Assembly: GCA_964187785.1 (NCBI GenBank)
Contig: OZ076409.1
Span: 4,466,001 to 4,530,000, forward strand
Source: Amphiscolops sp. MND2022
Lineage: Eukaryota
Direction: 5' to 3'
Length of the DNA: 64,000 nt
The notes under the pieces were generated by a model. The model saw nothing but the letters and a program-made list of their open reading frames with translations, made no database searches and was not told where the DNA came from. The position numbers were made by a program, and so were the translations under genes. Positions 1-12,858 of the stretch are shown here, in pieces (positions within the stretch are counted from its first letter, which is position 1; the number at the start of each line of letters is the position of its first letter).

Positions 1-515
1 TGTCTTCGAATACAATTCAATTTGTTTCTAAACATGCTAGGCCCACTTCGACCCTAGCGGGTGGGATAAAATGACCACAAACGGAACCAGGAAAAACCGG
101 AAATCTCAATTTTTTCTCAATTTTTTGGTCCCAGTTTCTTGATTTCAGAGGCTTCAAGTCAATAATTTGTGTAAAGGCGTGTAATACTATGTAATATCGT
201 CTGAAAATCTTATTCGAAAGTTTTCTTCACCATACGGTCAGCTTGTGCCTTCAGAAGTTTGCAAAAACTAATTGGTACAAAATCGTACCATCTTCCATTC
301 AGGGTTAATTGCGATCAATGCTCTTTGAGACCTAATGATCTTGTATTTTTAACTTAATTTCTGTTTTATATATATCGATTTTGCTACATTTTTGAGAACT
401 TGGGATCATTAGTGATGATAATTCATGCTATTCGGTTTTATTGTTTTTCTTCGATATAATGCCAAGTCAGCAGTGTAGTATCGTGCTCAATTCTGATTGG
501 CTGATCGACTGGCAG

Positions 516-662
516 ACGATGGTGAGTTACGTCATCTGTCTGGACAAGCCCTCGAACAGGGACTGTTGGATCACGGACTCAACCATGCCCCAGTACTGCG
601 TGGACCCCCACTACTACTACGTGCAGGGAGAGGTGTACACCTACGGGCTGCTCGCCCTCGTC
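516..662 (+). CDS. Penultimate coding exon of an unidentified membrane-protein gene (5' part lies before the window)
   Basis: cag| acceptor at 513-515, |gtaagt donor at 663, 147 nt, high GC3 frame TMVSYVICLDKPSNRDCWITDSTMPQYCVDPHYYYVQGEVYTYGLLALV; joins in phase 0 to the next exon. Confidence 0.75.
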
Positions 663-675
663 GTAAGTACCACCA

Positions 676-1093
676 AACAAGCCGTGGAACGGCCCAAGTT
701 GGCGCCATATCTATGGCTCAAAAATAGCAAAAGCATTTCAAAGTGTTAAGTATTCTCTTCAACAGTACCCGAAAAGGACCCTTTGGGATTTTTAACATCT
801 GTGGCAAAACATAAAAAAATTGAAGGGGGCCCTTTGGTGAGAAGAATTTCGGAAAAAAGTCTCACAATGCCGAAAAAACCGAAAGGGGGACCCTTTAGTC
901 TCGCTCGGTATTGTATGTTGCGCGTAAAAAGAACTAATTTTATATTTCAGTTCCTTGTGCCAAATGGTCCAATTTGGCACCTTGAAGTTTCGTATAACTT
1001 TGTAGAACTATTTTGGTCGGTTCGCGTGGATCGAAAAAATAAGAGTCGCTAAATATAATAGTCGCGTTTCACTTCATGAAGCGCCGACTGAAA
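676..1093 (-). mobile_element. DINE-1/HINE-like non-autonomous Helentron family copy
   Basis: Same termini (aacaagccg...aagttggcgcc / gcgccgactgaaaa) and gggggaccc-rich internal repeats as the other copies. Confidence 0.6.
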
Positions 1094-1263
1094 ATGGGGG
1101 TTTCAGATGACGATTTCATGATTAGGTTCAAAGTACTTCCCCTCTTTTCTCACTGTAAGAGTCGGGCATCTTTTTTTCACAAAACGCGCCGACTAAAAAA
1201 GTAGAGAAAAAATATGTATAGGTCACTACATTGCACTGAAATCATGATGACGCAATGTTCCAG

Positions 1264-1407
1264 GTGGGAGGTCTGATTGTGGTGATGTTCGGCCTGCTGT
1301 TCGCAGATGCCCTGAGAATCACCAGTCAGCGCAGAGAGGAGTCGTCTGGCAAGGGAGGAGAAACGCTGGTCGGCATGAACAAAAAGGCACCCTCCGTCCT
1401 CTGCTGA
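1264..1407 (+). CDS. Terminal coding exon of the same gene; completes a C-terminal TM helix and short tail
   Basis: ttccag| acceptor; VGGLIVVMFGLLFADALRITSQRREESSGKGGETLVGMNKKAPSVLC*; the spliced segment YGLLALV|VGGLIVVMFGLLFA is hydrophobic. Confidence 0.75.
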   Translation: MGGLIVVMFGLLFADALRITSQRREESSGKGGETLVGMNKKAPSVLC

Positions 1408-1412
1408 TTGCG

Positions 1413-1512
1413 TCACTATGACGTCATACTTCCTCTGATCACTATGACGTCATACTTCCTCTGATCACTATGACGTCATTCTTTGTCTGATCACTATGAC
1501 GTCATACTTTGA
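1413..1512 (+). repeat. ~4 x 26-bp tandem repeat containing TGACGTCA
   Basis: Unit tcactatgacgtcatacttcctctga starts at 1413, 1439, 1465, 1491. Confidence 0.9.
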
Positions 1513-4500
1513 CATGACCTTCGCTATTGGTCGAACTCTACAAAAGTTGTCACGGCTGTGAATATGTGTCACGGATGTCACATGGGTTTGACACACAGTA
1601 TTTATTTCGGAACAACGAACCGCACTCAAATAAGAGAAAAAAGTTGTTTTGCCAAATTAACGTGTACTGGAAATCAGACTTGACTCCACTAATTAGCGCG
1701 GAATTTTTAAGCAAAATTTATTAGCGATTCAAATTAACGGCAACTAATGAACTATCTAAATTCAAAATTTTCTCAGAAAATGCACGGAGTTTCGAAATGA
1801 ATTTCGGAAAAAACCCAACTCTTACACTTGTAAAAATTAGCATAATATACAAGTCAAAACCATGTTGGAAATCAATATAAAATACAATTCTGCACTAAAA
1901 TGTCTGAAATGCCAATATGCCGACTGAATTGTTTTTGGCCAATTGACTTTTGAACGCTTTCCGACTTTTTTATCGACTCAATTCAGAAATTAAAGCTGCT
2001 TTTTTGCAGTACAAAATTGAAGTCGCGGTTTCTAAAAGTAAATACTATTATTTGATGCCTCTAATATATTTACTTATAAATGCTGATTTATACTAAATAG
2101 TTTTCAATTTGAATACTTCTGTTGAAGCATGAGTTATTCTTTCGTAAAACAATCCTTTTTGGATTTCTTCTAGAGGTTTCAGTATCTAATAAGAGGATGA
2201 AATCTTTATCACTTTCATCGGTTGTATTGTTTCCTATTGGGCACGCTATCATCACTTCTTACGTAATAATTAATTCACAAGCAGCAGTTATCCCTGGTCG
2301 GCATAAAAAATGCAACTGGTTTTGAAAGACATTGTTTCACGGATTCTTTTATGACTCCTTCAAGTTTTTGAAAAAACCACCTGTTGAAAAAGTGTCTCCT
2401 TACTTTCAATTATTAATATCTTTTTTTTTGCACTGTTATCGCATCCTGTCTTTTAAACGATAGTTTAAGATGTTACAATTGTTTCATCATAAGTGCGGCT
2501 CTAAAACCGAAGTTAGTTACGTTTGGAAAAAATACTTCCGGATTATGTTATCATAATTATCCAGGCCTCGCTGCTTATAAAAATTTCTATTCATTGGTCA
2601 TCGCGATCAGAGTAGTTTTATTTTCAAGTTTGATTTGCCAGTCGGTTTTTGTTTCCTCTGCTTATCCTCAAACCTTACAATACGAAAATTCTCTTCGGTA
2701 ATTTTTTTGTCCTTTTTGCTAGCGTTTGCCAGTTTTTAAAGAGTCGGAAATACATTTCGACTACTTACGCACTTACCTTTTCTTTCGACCTTTCAATTAA
2801 AATTTCTCAAAAACTGTCTGTACAATTTTTATGAAATTCAGCACACTCATTCTACACCCAAAGGTGCTCCTGCGTGCGCAATGGCATCAAAACAATTGGC
2901 TGGGATTTGAGAAAGGTAGCAAAAATTAGTCCCAAAAATAACCGAAAAATGGCCATTTTGGACTTTTTTCAATTTTCTCAAACTGTCCATGCTATTTGAA
3001 CGAAATTTTTACAATAATTCTACCCCATATTAGGGTCTTATGTGTGCAATGACATCAAAATAGTATGACTGGGATCTGAGAAAGATAGCCAAAATCAGTA
3101 CCAAAATGGCCAAATGACAGAGTCCTTAATTTTTTGATATTCAATATTTTAATCCGTTTCCGATTCTTTTCCGCGCATGTGGCTCTGGTTTTCAATTGTA
3201 TCTGCAATAAAGCGCAAAAGGCTTTTGGATTGCTACTCTTCCATTTGAGTGACTGCGGATTAAGTTCTAAGCTCATATTCGGTTTGTGATTTTGGCTGTC
3301 AAATCGGATTAATGCTTGTTATTCCCCGTCCTTCATGGTTTTTCTAAAATATGATTTCGCTGCAAGCTTTTTGCAGTCTCTCTTTTTGAACATTTCCAAG
3401 TCAGTCACTGCGTCTGTGGAATTAACGTCAATCCTTCATTTTAAAATCCGGAACTGATTTCTATCTTCAGTAGAATTTGAACGAATGTTCGCTAGAAAAA
3501 TAAATTCAGTTTCTATTGTACAGTTTCATCAGACTGCGCTCTCTAGGTTTCCATTAATTTAATGTGCTTTGATCACAACAGCTGCTGATATAGTTCAGAA
3601 ACTTGCATTTAAAGTAATACATTTTGTAAGAAAGTTGTGTTCTTGACCGTATTTCAAAGCATTACGTAATCGTTCAATCAAGCGTTGACCTATTAAATTC
3701 ATCTTGAAAAGCAATCTTTTTCATTCCATATTTCAGCCGGCTCTGTCCCGACTGAATATAATCTTTCTTTAATCTTTTTTTTTTCAAATCAACCAAATAA
3801 GATTTATCCATTGAGACCAATGAATAATTCATTTCAGAAACTTGATCATGGCGCCGAATTCGGATTAGCTTCAAAAGCAGAGGAGAAAATTCACGAGCGG
3901 AAGTTACCATGTGAGTTTTACCAGCAGCCATCAACCATGTTTTAGCTGCAGCCGCTTCTAAATTAAACCATCTAACGCTTATTTGTATATCCAGCTTATT
4001 CCAATTAAATATATTCCATATTCGTGTATCGATATTCATATTCTATCATGTCTTCAACAGCAGTTACAGCAATTATTGTCATCTCACATCATATCATGAA
4101 ATGTCGAAATTCTCGACATGTATAAGACCATCCGAAATGGTTGATGGTGTTTCACGCAGTTATTCAATAGGAGCAGTAAAGCTTGCTGTGTTTTGGAGAA
4201 GGGTTGCTAGATTTTTGAACTGTTAGAATCAGCAATTTATTACAAACTGGTTTAACACTGATCAGTGGTGTTTTTAAATATTTTCAACAGATTTTTTAGC
4301 AATAATCAATTGAAATTTTTCAAAACCAAATCCGCCAAACCAATTTTTGCCATGAATTTGAATTTAACCAATTTTTAAACAACTTTTTGGGCATTAGGGT
4401 TTACTTTTGTGGCTATTTGCTCGAAATTCTTGAATCACACAATCGGATGAGCTTGGTTGTTAAATTATAGATGTGTGATTGGGAGTTTAAAAAATGTGCG

Positions 4501-4568
4501 GAAACTAGGCATAATTGCCTGGCTTTACTTGAACCCCAAACCATTTCTGAAACACCACTGAAATGACA

Positions 4569-5110
4569 AACAAGACGGGAACGTCTAAAGTCGGCACTAT
4601 ATCTGAGGCTCAAAAAGCGCAAAGTTTTCAAAATTGTAAAAAGGGGGGTTTCGACTTTTTTGAAAATCCAGTCTGTTGCAAAATATCAAAAAAATTGAAG
4701 GGGGACCCTTTGGAGACATTCAAAAAAATTTGAAAAAAAAATTGAAAATATTCGAAAAAAAACGAAAAGTGGAATTTTGAAACAGTCTCATAGTGCCGAA
4801 AAAGCAGAAAGGGGAGACCCTTTTGGCTTTTTGAGACCAGTTTGTTGCAAAGTATCAAAAAACTTGAAGGGGGACCCTTTGGCGACAAAAAACTTTCGGA
4901 AAAAAGTCGCACAGTGCCGAAAAATTCCAAGAGGGGGACCCTGTAGTCCCGTCCGGCTTTGTATCTTACGTTAAAAATTGAGTACATGAAAAGAGGGACC
5001 TACTACTAACTTTGCACTAACTTAGATGCGTTTGCCGGTCCAGTAGTTTAGTAGTTCTGTAAAAAGTGTCCACTACGCATACATCATTCTGTTATCTGAC
5101 GAAAAACAAC
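4569..5110 (-). mobile_element. DINE-1/HINE-like family copy (one end degraded)
   Basis: aacaagacgggaacgtctaaagtcggc end plus internal cacagtgccgaaaa/gggggaccc repeats. Confidence 0.55.
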
Positions 5111-5489
5111 TGCTTTGTCGACTGAGGTACCTCGTTTTGACGGTGTCCTATATTGTTATTTTTGTCAAAGCTTGAAAATTAATAAAACTTGCTAATAATA
5201 CAATTGATTTGGATTGAAGCAATGGTCAAAATGAACTTCTTGGGGGGTTAGTTTTTGGCAAATTCCGAAACGTTACTCCAGTTCAATTGAAAGAACATTC
5301 GGGCTCCAGATTCGAAGGCGCGGGCTCAAATTGTGTCTTTTCTTGACGATTGTGGCAATTCTTAGCTGTCGGGATTCTTCAAAAATGGATTGAATTCGCC
5401 ACTGGTAAATACATAGGTGTCAAAATCCAAGATGAAATCTTCCCAGTTAAAATGTGTGTTGAAATCTCACATAAAACCAATTTCACCTA

Positions 5490-5886
5490 CTCTGTTGTGC
5501 TTAATAAGAGGGGGGTACCTACTACTGTCTCTGCCTGAAAATCAGGGACCCCCCCTCTTATTATGACCCCCCCTGGTAGCAAACACGAAAGAAAAAAAGC
5601 TCACGCCCAGGTTCGAACCCTGGCAGAAAGAGCAAAGAGCAGATTCAAAGTTTGTCTCGAATCGAAAATACAGTTAAGCAAGAAATATCTACCGCTTCTA
5701 ACGAGCTACGGCCATTTTTCAACAAACTGATCTCGGAAATCAATCAACAAAGACGAAAATTCAGAAAACCGGCCGGAAAATAACTTAGACCCCCCTGTAA
5801 TTTAGACCCCCCCTCTTACTGTCCGCCAGAAATTTGCTAGACCCCCCCTCTAAATATGACCCCCCCTCTTATTAAGTACAACAGAG
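5490..5886. mobile_element. Tc1/mariner-type MITE
   Basis: TIR ctctgttgtgcttaataagagggggg / cccccctcttattaagtacaacagag, flanked by TA on both sides. Confidence 0.75.
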
Positions 5887-6371
5887 TAAGTTGAGATCTC
5901 CTAAATAAAAGGAAATCAAACATTCGTTGTGTATGACTCTGCTTTCCTTCTTGGCCTTCGTTAAAACCAGTTGTTAGACCAGTAGTGGCACGTCGCTTCG
6001 CTCCTGCATTTAGGGCACTATTGGTATTTTAACTTAGCTAGCTTATCACGATTCTATATAACATAAACTAAGTTAAGATTTTAAGTTGACCCCTCGTAAA
6101 TACTGTTTATAACTTATCTCTAAATGTCATTAAAAGCCTATAACTACTGATTCGGAGAAACTTCATCTTCCAATGTAGTATAGGTTACCAGAGAAAAGCG
6201 CCCAAAACACGCAGTCAAAAGCGCCCCAGTCATAAGCGCCTGAATCAAACACTACAAAGGATTTGCTGACTCTTTTCAACTGCCAGTTTCAAGTCTCGCT
6301 CCGATGAAATAGTAATCAGTATTTCATCTCAAACCAGTTTATTGACAAATTGATTTATCAATAAATTTATA

Positions 6372-6545
6372 TAGTCAACTCCGGTTAATTCGTATCCGGA
6401 TAATTCGGATCTTCGTCTCATTCGTATGCATCTGAGACCCCCATTTCGCGATGACCAAAGTAATATCATGCGGTTAATTCGTATTTCTCACTATTCGTAC
6501 TATTTTATTCGGTCCCCAGTGATACGAATTAGGCGGGTTCTACTG
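6372..6545. mobile_element. Tc1/pogo-type MITE (CAGT-like ends, TA flanks); relatives at 38260-38390 and 61934-62120
   Basis: Imperfect TIR agtcaactccggttaattcgta / tacgaattaggcgggttctactg; shared internal sequence with the other copies. Confidence 0.7.
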
Positions 6546-7125
6546 TAGTTCGTTCAGAAATGCCCAAAATTATCAGAGTCGTTTTCAATTGAGACTTGTT
6601 AAATGTGAAACTGTCAAATCTGGCATTACCAGTGAGTTAACCTTGTCTTTGAACACCTTCAATTAAGCTTAATTAGAGGCGGTGAAATAAACTCAAAAAT
6701 TAGTAAGACGTTTTGCCTTGGGGCGCTTATGACTGTGTAAAATGGGCGCTTTTGCCTGTACACGGTAATATAAATTATATGATATAACGAAAACCCTAAC
6801 AACCCTATTGTGCATTCAGTTCAGATGTCTGAAGTAGTGAGTCTAAGATGTCTTTCTACTTAAAGGCTCACGGCATGCATTTACGCCCGATGACTGCTGT
6901 TTGATGGATTAGCCCGCTAGCAGCTTTCTTTATCTATAAATTGCTTCCTCCCAATGTACATTATCTCAGCTTGTCCTCCAGAATCTAAGTCTTGATTCTG
7001 CTCTGTACATATTCACCCAACATATCTCAACTCTTCTTGTCTTCGGTTAGCAGTTACTGGGGTGAACAAGGGTGTCATAATATCCTGATTATTATTAATA
7101 AAGGTAAATGAAAGAAATAGCAAAG

Positions 7126-7607
7126 AACAAGACGGGAACGTCTCAAGTCGGCGCTATATCTAAGGCTCAAAAAGCGCAAAACATTTTTTTGGAAAAAAAC
7201 TTGAAATTTTCGAAAAAAAAATTCTTTCGGAAAATGTCGCACAGTGCCGAAAAATGTAAAAGGGGGACCCTTTTTGATTTATAAACACGCATTCTGTAGC
7301 AAAATAACAAAAAACTCAAAGGGGGGACCCTTTGGGGACATTAAAAAAAATTCGAAAAAAAAGTCGCACAGTGCCGAAAAAAAATCGAAAGGGGGGACCC
7401 TTTGGTCCCGTCCAGGCTTGTAGGTAACGTTCAAAAAGTAAAAAACCAAAGGGGGGATCCTTTGGAATAATTTACATGCGTTTCCCTGGTATTTAGTTTC
7501 CTTTAGTTGAACGTTAACGTTCGTCGCTTCGAGTCTGTCTTAAATAAAAAAAAAACGAGTGACTGTAATAGTCGGGCTCTTTTCTTGAGAAAAGCGCCGA
7601 CTAAAAA
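7126..7607 (-). mobile_element. DINE-1/HINE-like family, full-length copy (very similar to 57906-58378)
   Basis: Both ends present: hairpin agacg-ggaa-cgtct plus subTIR agtcggcgc, and tagtcgg...aaaagcgccgactaaaaa. Confidence 0.65.
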
Positions 7608-9237
7608 CGGGTGTCAAAACGCTGCAAGCTGCAGAGCCTCCTTGCAGTGTCAATAGCGGTCCCATAAAAACAAATTCTGAAAACATCGGCAAGTGGAGGA
7701 TGATTTATAAAATAGGTCTTCGAATCTCAATTTTATTGAACGTCCAAAGAAAAGAAAAAGGTGTTTGATTCTAGGATTAGTCGCACCCGAAGGATTGTCA
7801 AGTTCATGTCCTGTTTGTTAATTATAAGTTATAAAGGAAATTACATAAAGGAAAGTTAGGATGGTCATTTGAATGAATGGTCTTTTCATTAACTTCACGC
7901 CTTTAAAACCGTTCATTTTTTCCATTAAAAATTAATTCCGTGTGTTTCAAAATGAACAAGACGGGAACGTCTCAAGTCGGCGCTATATCTAAGGCTCAAA
8001 TAAAATCGAAGGGACCTTTTGGAAGAAAAAAGAATTTCAAGAAAAAGTAGCACAGTGCCGATAAAAAAACGAAGGGGGGACACTTTATACTCATCCGGTT
8101 TTGTAGGCTACGTTTAAAATTTTAAAAACCAAAGGGGGAACCCTTTGGAATACCTTAGATGCGTATTCGTTTATCCCTGGTATTCGTTTAGTTTCCTATA
8201 GTTGAACGTTAACGTTCGTCGCATTGATCAATTTTTAGCTGCATTGGAATTACTGCATCTGAGTCAAAATTTTAAATTTATGTACCTCCATTCAATTTTT
8301 CATCCAAAGAATTCTCGGAAATGTTTGAAATTATTCGAATCATTTACTTCAAAAAACCCAAATAGGAATTTCTTCACTGGAAACTCTTGAATTGAAATGC
8401 CAAGCAACGTTTTGATTACAAAAGTTGAATGCCAGAGTGTAATTTGAATGTGCGTGTTGTTTCAAAACGATTATCGTAATGATTGTAGTAGTAATCAAAT
8501 TGGAGTTGTATTTTTGGCCATTATGTCGTCAAAAAGCCTTTTACGGACTTACTAGTGCCACTTTTTGGCTATGCGTGTCGTAAATTTTCTTTTTCGGTCT
8601 ATAAAATTGTTTCTAACAAGCCGTCAAATAAAATGCACACATTCGAGACAAAAATAGATTTCTTAATCTCTATCGTAAAAATTAAATATAAGTCGCAAGT
8701 ATTTATATTTATCATGTAGTCATCACATGACTACATTTGAATTCTACTTTACCTCGTATACACATTCTCGAGTTAGTTTTGAAAGTTTGTGCTTTTTGGT
8801 CCGCAAGGTTTTCAATAATAATTTTGAGGTTGATTAATTTTATCGTTTTATTAGAACAACAATGGCACTGGGAGATAAAAAAACTTTACTGTTTTGTAAA
8901 ATGGGTACTTTCCCAGTTTCCTCCCAACCCTCGAGTTTTTGTGTAGCGGAAATGAGTTTCTGTAATTGTTTCGACCCATTGCACTTCAGGAGTGGAACTG
9001 ACCGGAAGTAGTTGTATTGTTCGCTCTTCCAGTATAATGAATCTGTTCAAATTCATCTTTGTTCAATGAAAGAAATGCCGTCAAATATTCACAAAATAAA
9101 GGCATTTTATAAATCCTCTGCAATAAATTCTGTTCAAATTACAAATCAGTTTTTATTTATCTGCGATTGCAGGAATATAGAAATCTGAATTCTTCAGCTT
9201 TTTTTCAGTACAATTCTTCGCACGATACTGAAAAATT

Positions 9238-9593
9238 CAGATATTTTGTTCGACAGTGAGTGTAAGCGTGAGATTTAAATTTTTCAAGCTGCCGACAACA
9301 ATTCGTTTCTCGTGCGATGGAACGAGCGAGTGGTAATTATGAATTGGTACGCCGAGTTATTGAGATGGAGCGAACGAGTGTTAATTATTCGTTCACCGAG
9401 AGCTTCGCCTACATTCAAATGCGAATGCGAAACTTCGTATACGCTTAGTAGTTCTATTTTTGTAGTCCAAGAAGAATTAAAGGCGGTGTAAACTGGTAGT
9501 GATTAATTATGCGCTATTTAATGATTAAGATATGCTTTTATTATTGAACATGAAAGCCTAAAAGCAGAAATAATACTGTTCCCCACGGGAGCC
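9238..9593. repeat. Dispersed repeat, also at ~32968-33331 and partly at ~46796-46920
   Basis: Shared cagtgagt(g/a)taagcg..agatttaaa ... ttgaacatgaaagcctaa..gcagaaataatactgt. Confidence 0.7.
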
Positions 9594-9762
9594 TCTTTTG
9601 TTAAAATCAAGGGTTGGGGGAAACTGGAAAAGTGCCGTAAAATTAGTTCATAGAGAGTGATAATATTGAATATGTGACACCTTTGGGATCAATCACCCAG
9701 AAGTAGCTAACCCTCTCCCTCCCGGCTGGAGACGTGTCACCCCCTGTTTGGTTGGTGTATAA

Positions 9763-9903
<141 letters not shown>

Positions 9904-9915
9904 TAATATAATTTT

Positions 9916-10384
9916 GGCTCTTTTCTGTCCCCCCCCCCCCCCCCACCATCAAAATTTTTGAAAGAAATTCCCTTAAAAACTTTAGACTAGCCTAAATAAA
10001 AGTAAAACATTTTTCATAACGTCTTTTGGAACAAGTTAACGTCTTTGTTAACGTCTTGGAACGTGGGAAGTTAACGTCTTTTGGAACAATTTTTAGCTTG
10101 AACAAAACATTGTTCACACATTTTGACTCTAATTATGTTCGTATTAAGTGTTTATTGATGACTCAAAACAGGAAGCTGTTGATTTCTTCATCAAAAATGC
10201 GTAACTACATGGAAAAAGCGTGAAAAAAGTTTGTATCTGAATCCTAAGTTATCACCCTTAGAATAAATTCTAAATTTGAAATTGAAGCTTTCTGGTTTGT
10301 ATTCAAGTCTATTTGTTATAAGATTTTCACTAATTTTTAATAAAAAAATTTTGGTGGTGGTGGGGGGGGGGACAGAAAAGAACC
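9916..10384. mobile_element. GG...CC TIR MITE with poly-C/G subterminal tracts (sibling at 47727-48130)
   Basis: TIR ggctcttttctgtccccc / ggggggacagaaaagaacc; internal sequence matches 47727-48130 in reverse orientation. Confidence 0.75.
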
Positions 10385-10401
10385 ATTTTTTTCTGTGATA
10401 T

Positions 10402-10670
10402 TGTGCTGCTTTTAATGGTTGGTTATTGTTTTTGATGGTCTTATACGCAACTACTAAAAGCGGCTGAGAGACAGGCTAGCTAGCTTACTTTATTACAACT
10501 ATTCCGAGGTGTTAGGAGTAGAACAAAAAGGAAGTCAACTGAATACTGATTATTAGTTTTCTCTCTCTGAAGGAGTAGAGATTTACAATCATTCAATAAC
10601 AAATAAATGTACATTCTAGAACATTCTATAAACATCTAAATACTATTGGTTATTAATGTAGGTCAGTACA
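10402..10670 (-). repeat. 3' LTR (269 bp)
   Basis: Minus strand TGTACTGACC...AGCAGCACA; identical by eye to 32696-32964; minus-strand AATAAA at 10489-10494. Confidence 0.95.
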
Positions 10671-10685
10671 TCCATCCCGGTTTTT
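10671..10685 (-). other. Polypurine tract (imperfect)
   Basis: Minus strand AAAAACCGGGATGGA directly abuts the 3' LTR. Confidence 0.7.
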
Positions 10686-10768
10686 AAATAAAATAAAATT
10701 TTAAAGTAGCATCATTAATTGAAATGAAGAAAAATTTTTTGTTTAAATGTTCTTAGCGTTTCAGCTAG

Positions 10769-11038
10769 TTAACATTTTTCATTTGATGGATGATTGGCAT
10801 AAGTCTCGTTAAGAGTGGTGTAAGTTCGACTCATTGGTGTACCTCGAATTGTCAAAATTTTGATTGACACCTCGTAGGTGCGACTACAGTTCAAAAGCGT
10901 CAAAGTGTTCTTTTTCACTATGCTTTCGTCGGCTTGTTTTTTGAACTGGTAGATGCTCAATTTTATGCTTCTGTTGAAGTTTTGAATGAACTTCGCATTG
11001 AACAAACGTGAGCAAACATCATACGAGTTAGAGGTCAA
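10769..11038 (-). CDS. Possible small accessory ORF of the LTR element (may be the 3' part of a frameshifted ORF)
   Basis: 89-aa ORF on the element strand just upstream of the PPT; no recognised motif. Confidence 0.3.
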   Translation of the reverse strand: MTSNSYDVCSRLFNAKFIQNFNRSIKLSIYQFKKQADESIVKKNTLTLLNCSRTYEVSIKILTIRGTPMSRTYTTLNETYANHPSNEKC

Positions 11039-11720
11039 AGAGTCAAAGAAATAATATTGAGAAAAATTTTTTATCGAACGTGAAATACGTTTGAAAAGAT
11101 TTCAGGTTGTAATTAACTTTGGCGGGTTTGTTATGTAACAAATGTTGAAAACTTTGAGAACTTGGGTCTGTCATTATTCGAATTTGATCTGAACAATGTG
11201 CTTGATCTGATTTGGAGCTGGTTTTGTTGAAATTTGAAAAGATTTGTTGATAATATTTGTGAATTTTTTGTTGGGTAGGATAGCACCGAAAAATAATACT
11301 TATTACTAATTATTCTTTAAAAATAAAGCAAATAAATATCGGTACAGGTGTGAATAAAAATTTTTGGGCAAATAAATGTGGGTGGGGATGAAATTTGAAA
11401 TAATAACTACATAATGAATAATTTAGATGAGAGTTTGAATTCTATGAAATATTAGATGAGTTTGAAACTTTTTCGAAATGTTATCATGCACAATGTTTTT
11501 CTTTGAGTTTTCTTTATTATTACTTATCGATCATCTTTGGCTGAGCATGTGGGTGACGATGGACGATTGGAAGATGGAAGAAGAAGGGTCAGCAGATGAA
11601 TGAAGGTGGGCAACTGTTGGGCGGCTGTGAAGTTGAAGATGGGTGCTGATCTGTTGCTCGTTGAAGATGTGGAATTCGAAGATGGGAGTAGACGGGTGCT
11701 GTTGGTGGCGTCTGTTGATA

Positions 11721-12371
11721 TTAGAAGGAAACGTAAGTATATGTTTTGTGTGGGTAATTATCATCTATAAGTGCTTCTGGGGGATCTTTTTGAAGGTCTT
11801 CGTCAGTGTCATCATTGTCATCTGAGGGCCAATATGAATTTAGACGTTGTTTTTCCATTTCGGAACGCATTCTATTGGATAGAGTTCGTATTAAACGCTT
11901 GGGTTTGATGGTAGTATGTTCTGTTTGGGTAGTGGCATCCTTTCGAGTTGAATAAGTGTCAGGATGTTTATGAATATGGAGATATTGGTCGAAATTTATT
12001 CTTATTTGGAATATTTGGAACATATTAAGCAATATCATCCTTGTAAGATGTGGGTCTGCCTTTTTTTCTGTTCGAAGCTGCGCATTTAATGTCGGTAAAT
12101 GCTTTTTCAGGATCAAGGATCGCAATCGAGCTGAAGAGATTGAAAGAAAAGGAGCTATCGGGCAGTCAATGTCGCCAGAGTGGATAGTTGTCATATTGAA
12201 GAATGAGAAATTTTCGTTGAAAGCTGTAGAAGATTCTTCGGAATTCTTCTTGAATGGGTGACCTGAGAGGAGGAAGGAATGCTGAAGAAGCAGTTGTGAC
12301 GATATTCACCTAAAATAGATTAGTTTGTTTACAATAAAGTTCCTTTGAAAATAGAATTTCGTAGTTGACAT
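11721..12371 (-). pseudogene. Accessory ORF of unknown function (~216 codons with one in-frame TGA, or spliced)
   Basis: ATG at 12371 (MSTTKFYFQRNFIVNKLIYFR*ISSQLL...) is in frame with the 157-aa ORF 11721-12194; single TGA near 12306. Confidence 0.5.
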
Positions 12372-12596
12372 TTTTTTATTGAATTTTGTGATGTTATAAC
12401 TTTTTAATTTTAATAATTAAGTTGTTGTATTTTGGAAGTCTTTTGAAGGGTATGAGTTTTAATTTTTGGGCATTTCAAATACGAAATTTCAAATAGAATT
12501 TCGTAGTTGACATTTTTTTTATTGAATTTTGTGATGTTATAACTTTTTAATTTTAATAATTAAGTTGTTGTATTTTGGAAGTCTTTTGAAGGGTAT
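12349..12596. repeat. ~105-bp direct repeat (12349-12453 and 12491-12596) inside the element
   Basis: aatagaatttcgtagttgacattttttt...gtcttttgaagggtat occurs twice. Confidence 0.9.
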
Positions 12597-12858
12597 TTAA
12601 ATATCTTTCATATAAGTACTTATTTGTTGAAATCGGTCCATTAAAAGGAGGAGCATTCGAAGAATTTCGTTGAAAATTTTTATGTCGTGATTGAAATTTT
12701 TATGTTATTTCATTTTAAAAGTGTATTTTAACATCAAGCATGTATTATAATCATGCATAGCAGGCATATGCGTGTAGATTCAATTAATTTTGACAGGTTG
12801 TTAAGAGATTAAGTGATAAGTGTTAACAACTTTAAAGCTATTATCCCATAATTACCAG

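Noticed and set aside
497..727. Alternative 76-aa frame for the first exon
   Set aside because: The other frame has strong GC3 bias and splices in phase into the terminal exon.
516..1407. Naming the first gene (faint resemblance to an acid-sphingomyelinase-like C-terminus)
   Set aside because: Only a Y..CL word and a terminal TM; not enough to assign.
8995..9015. ETS-type ACCGGAAGT as the par-3 promoter
   Set aside because: Single short motif with no evidence for the transcription start.
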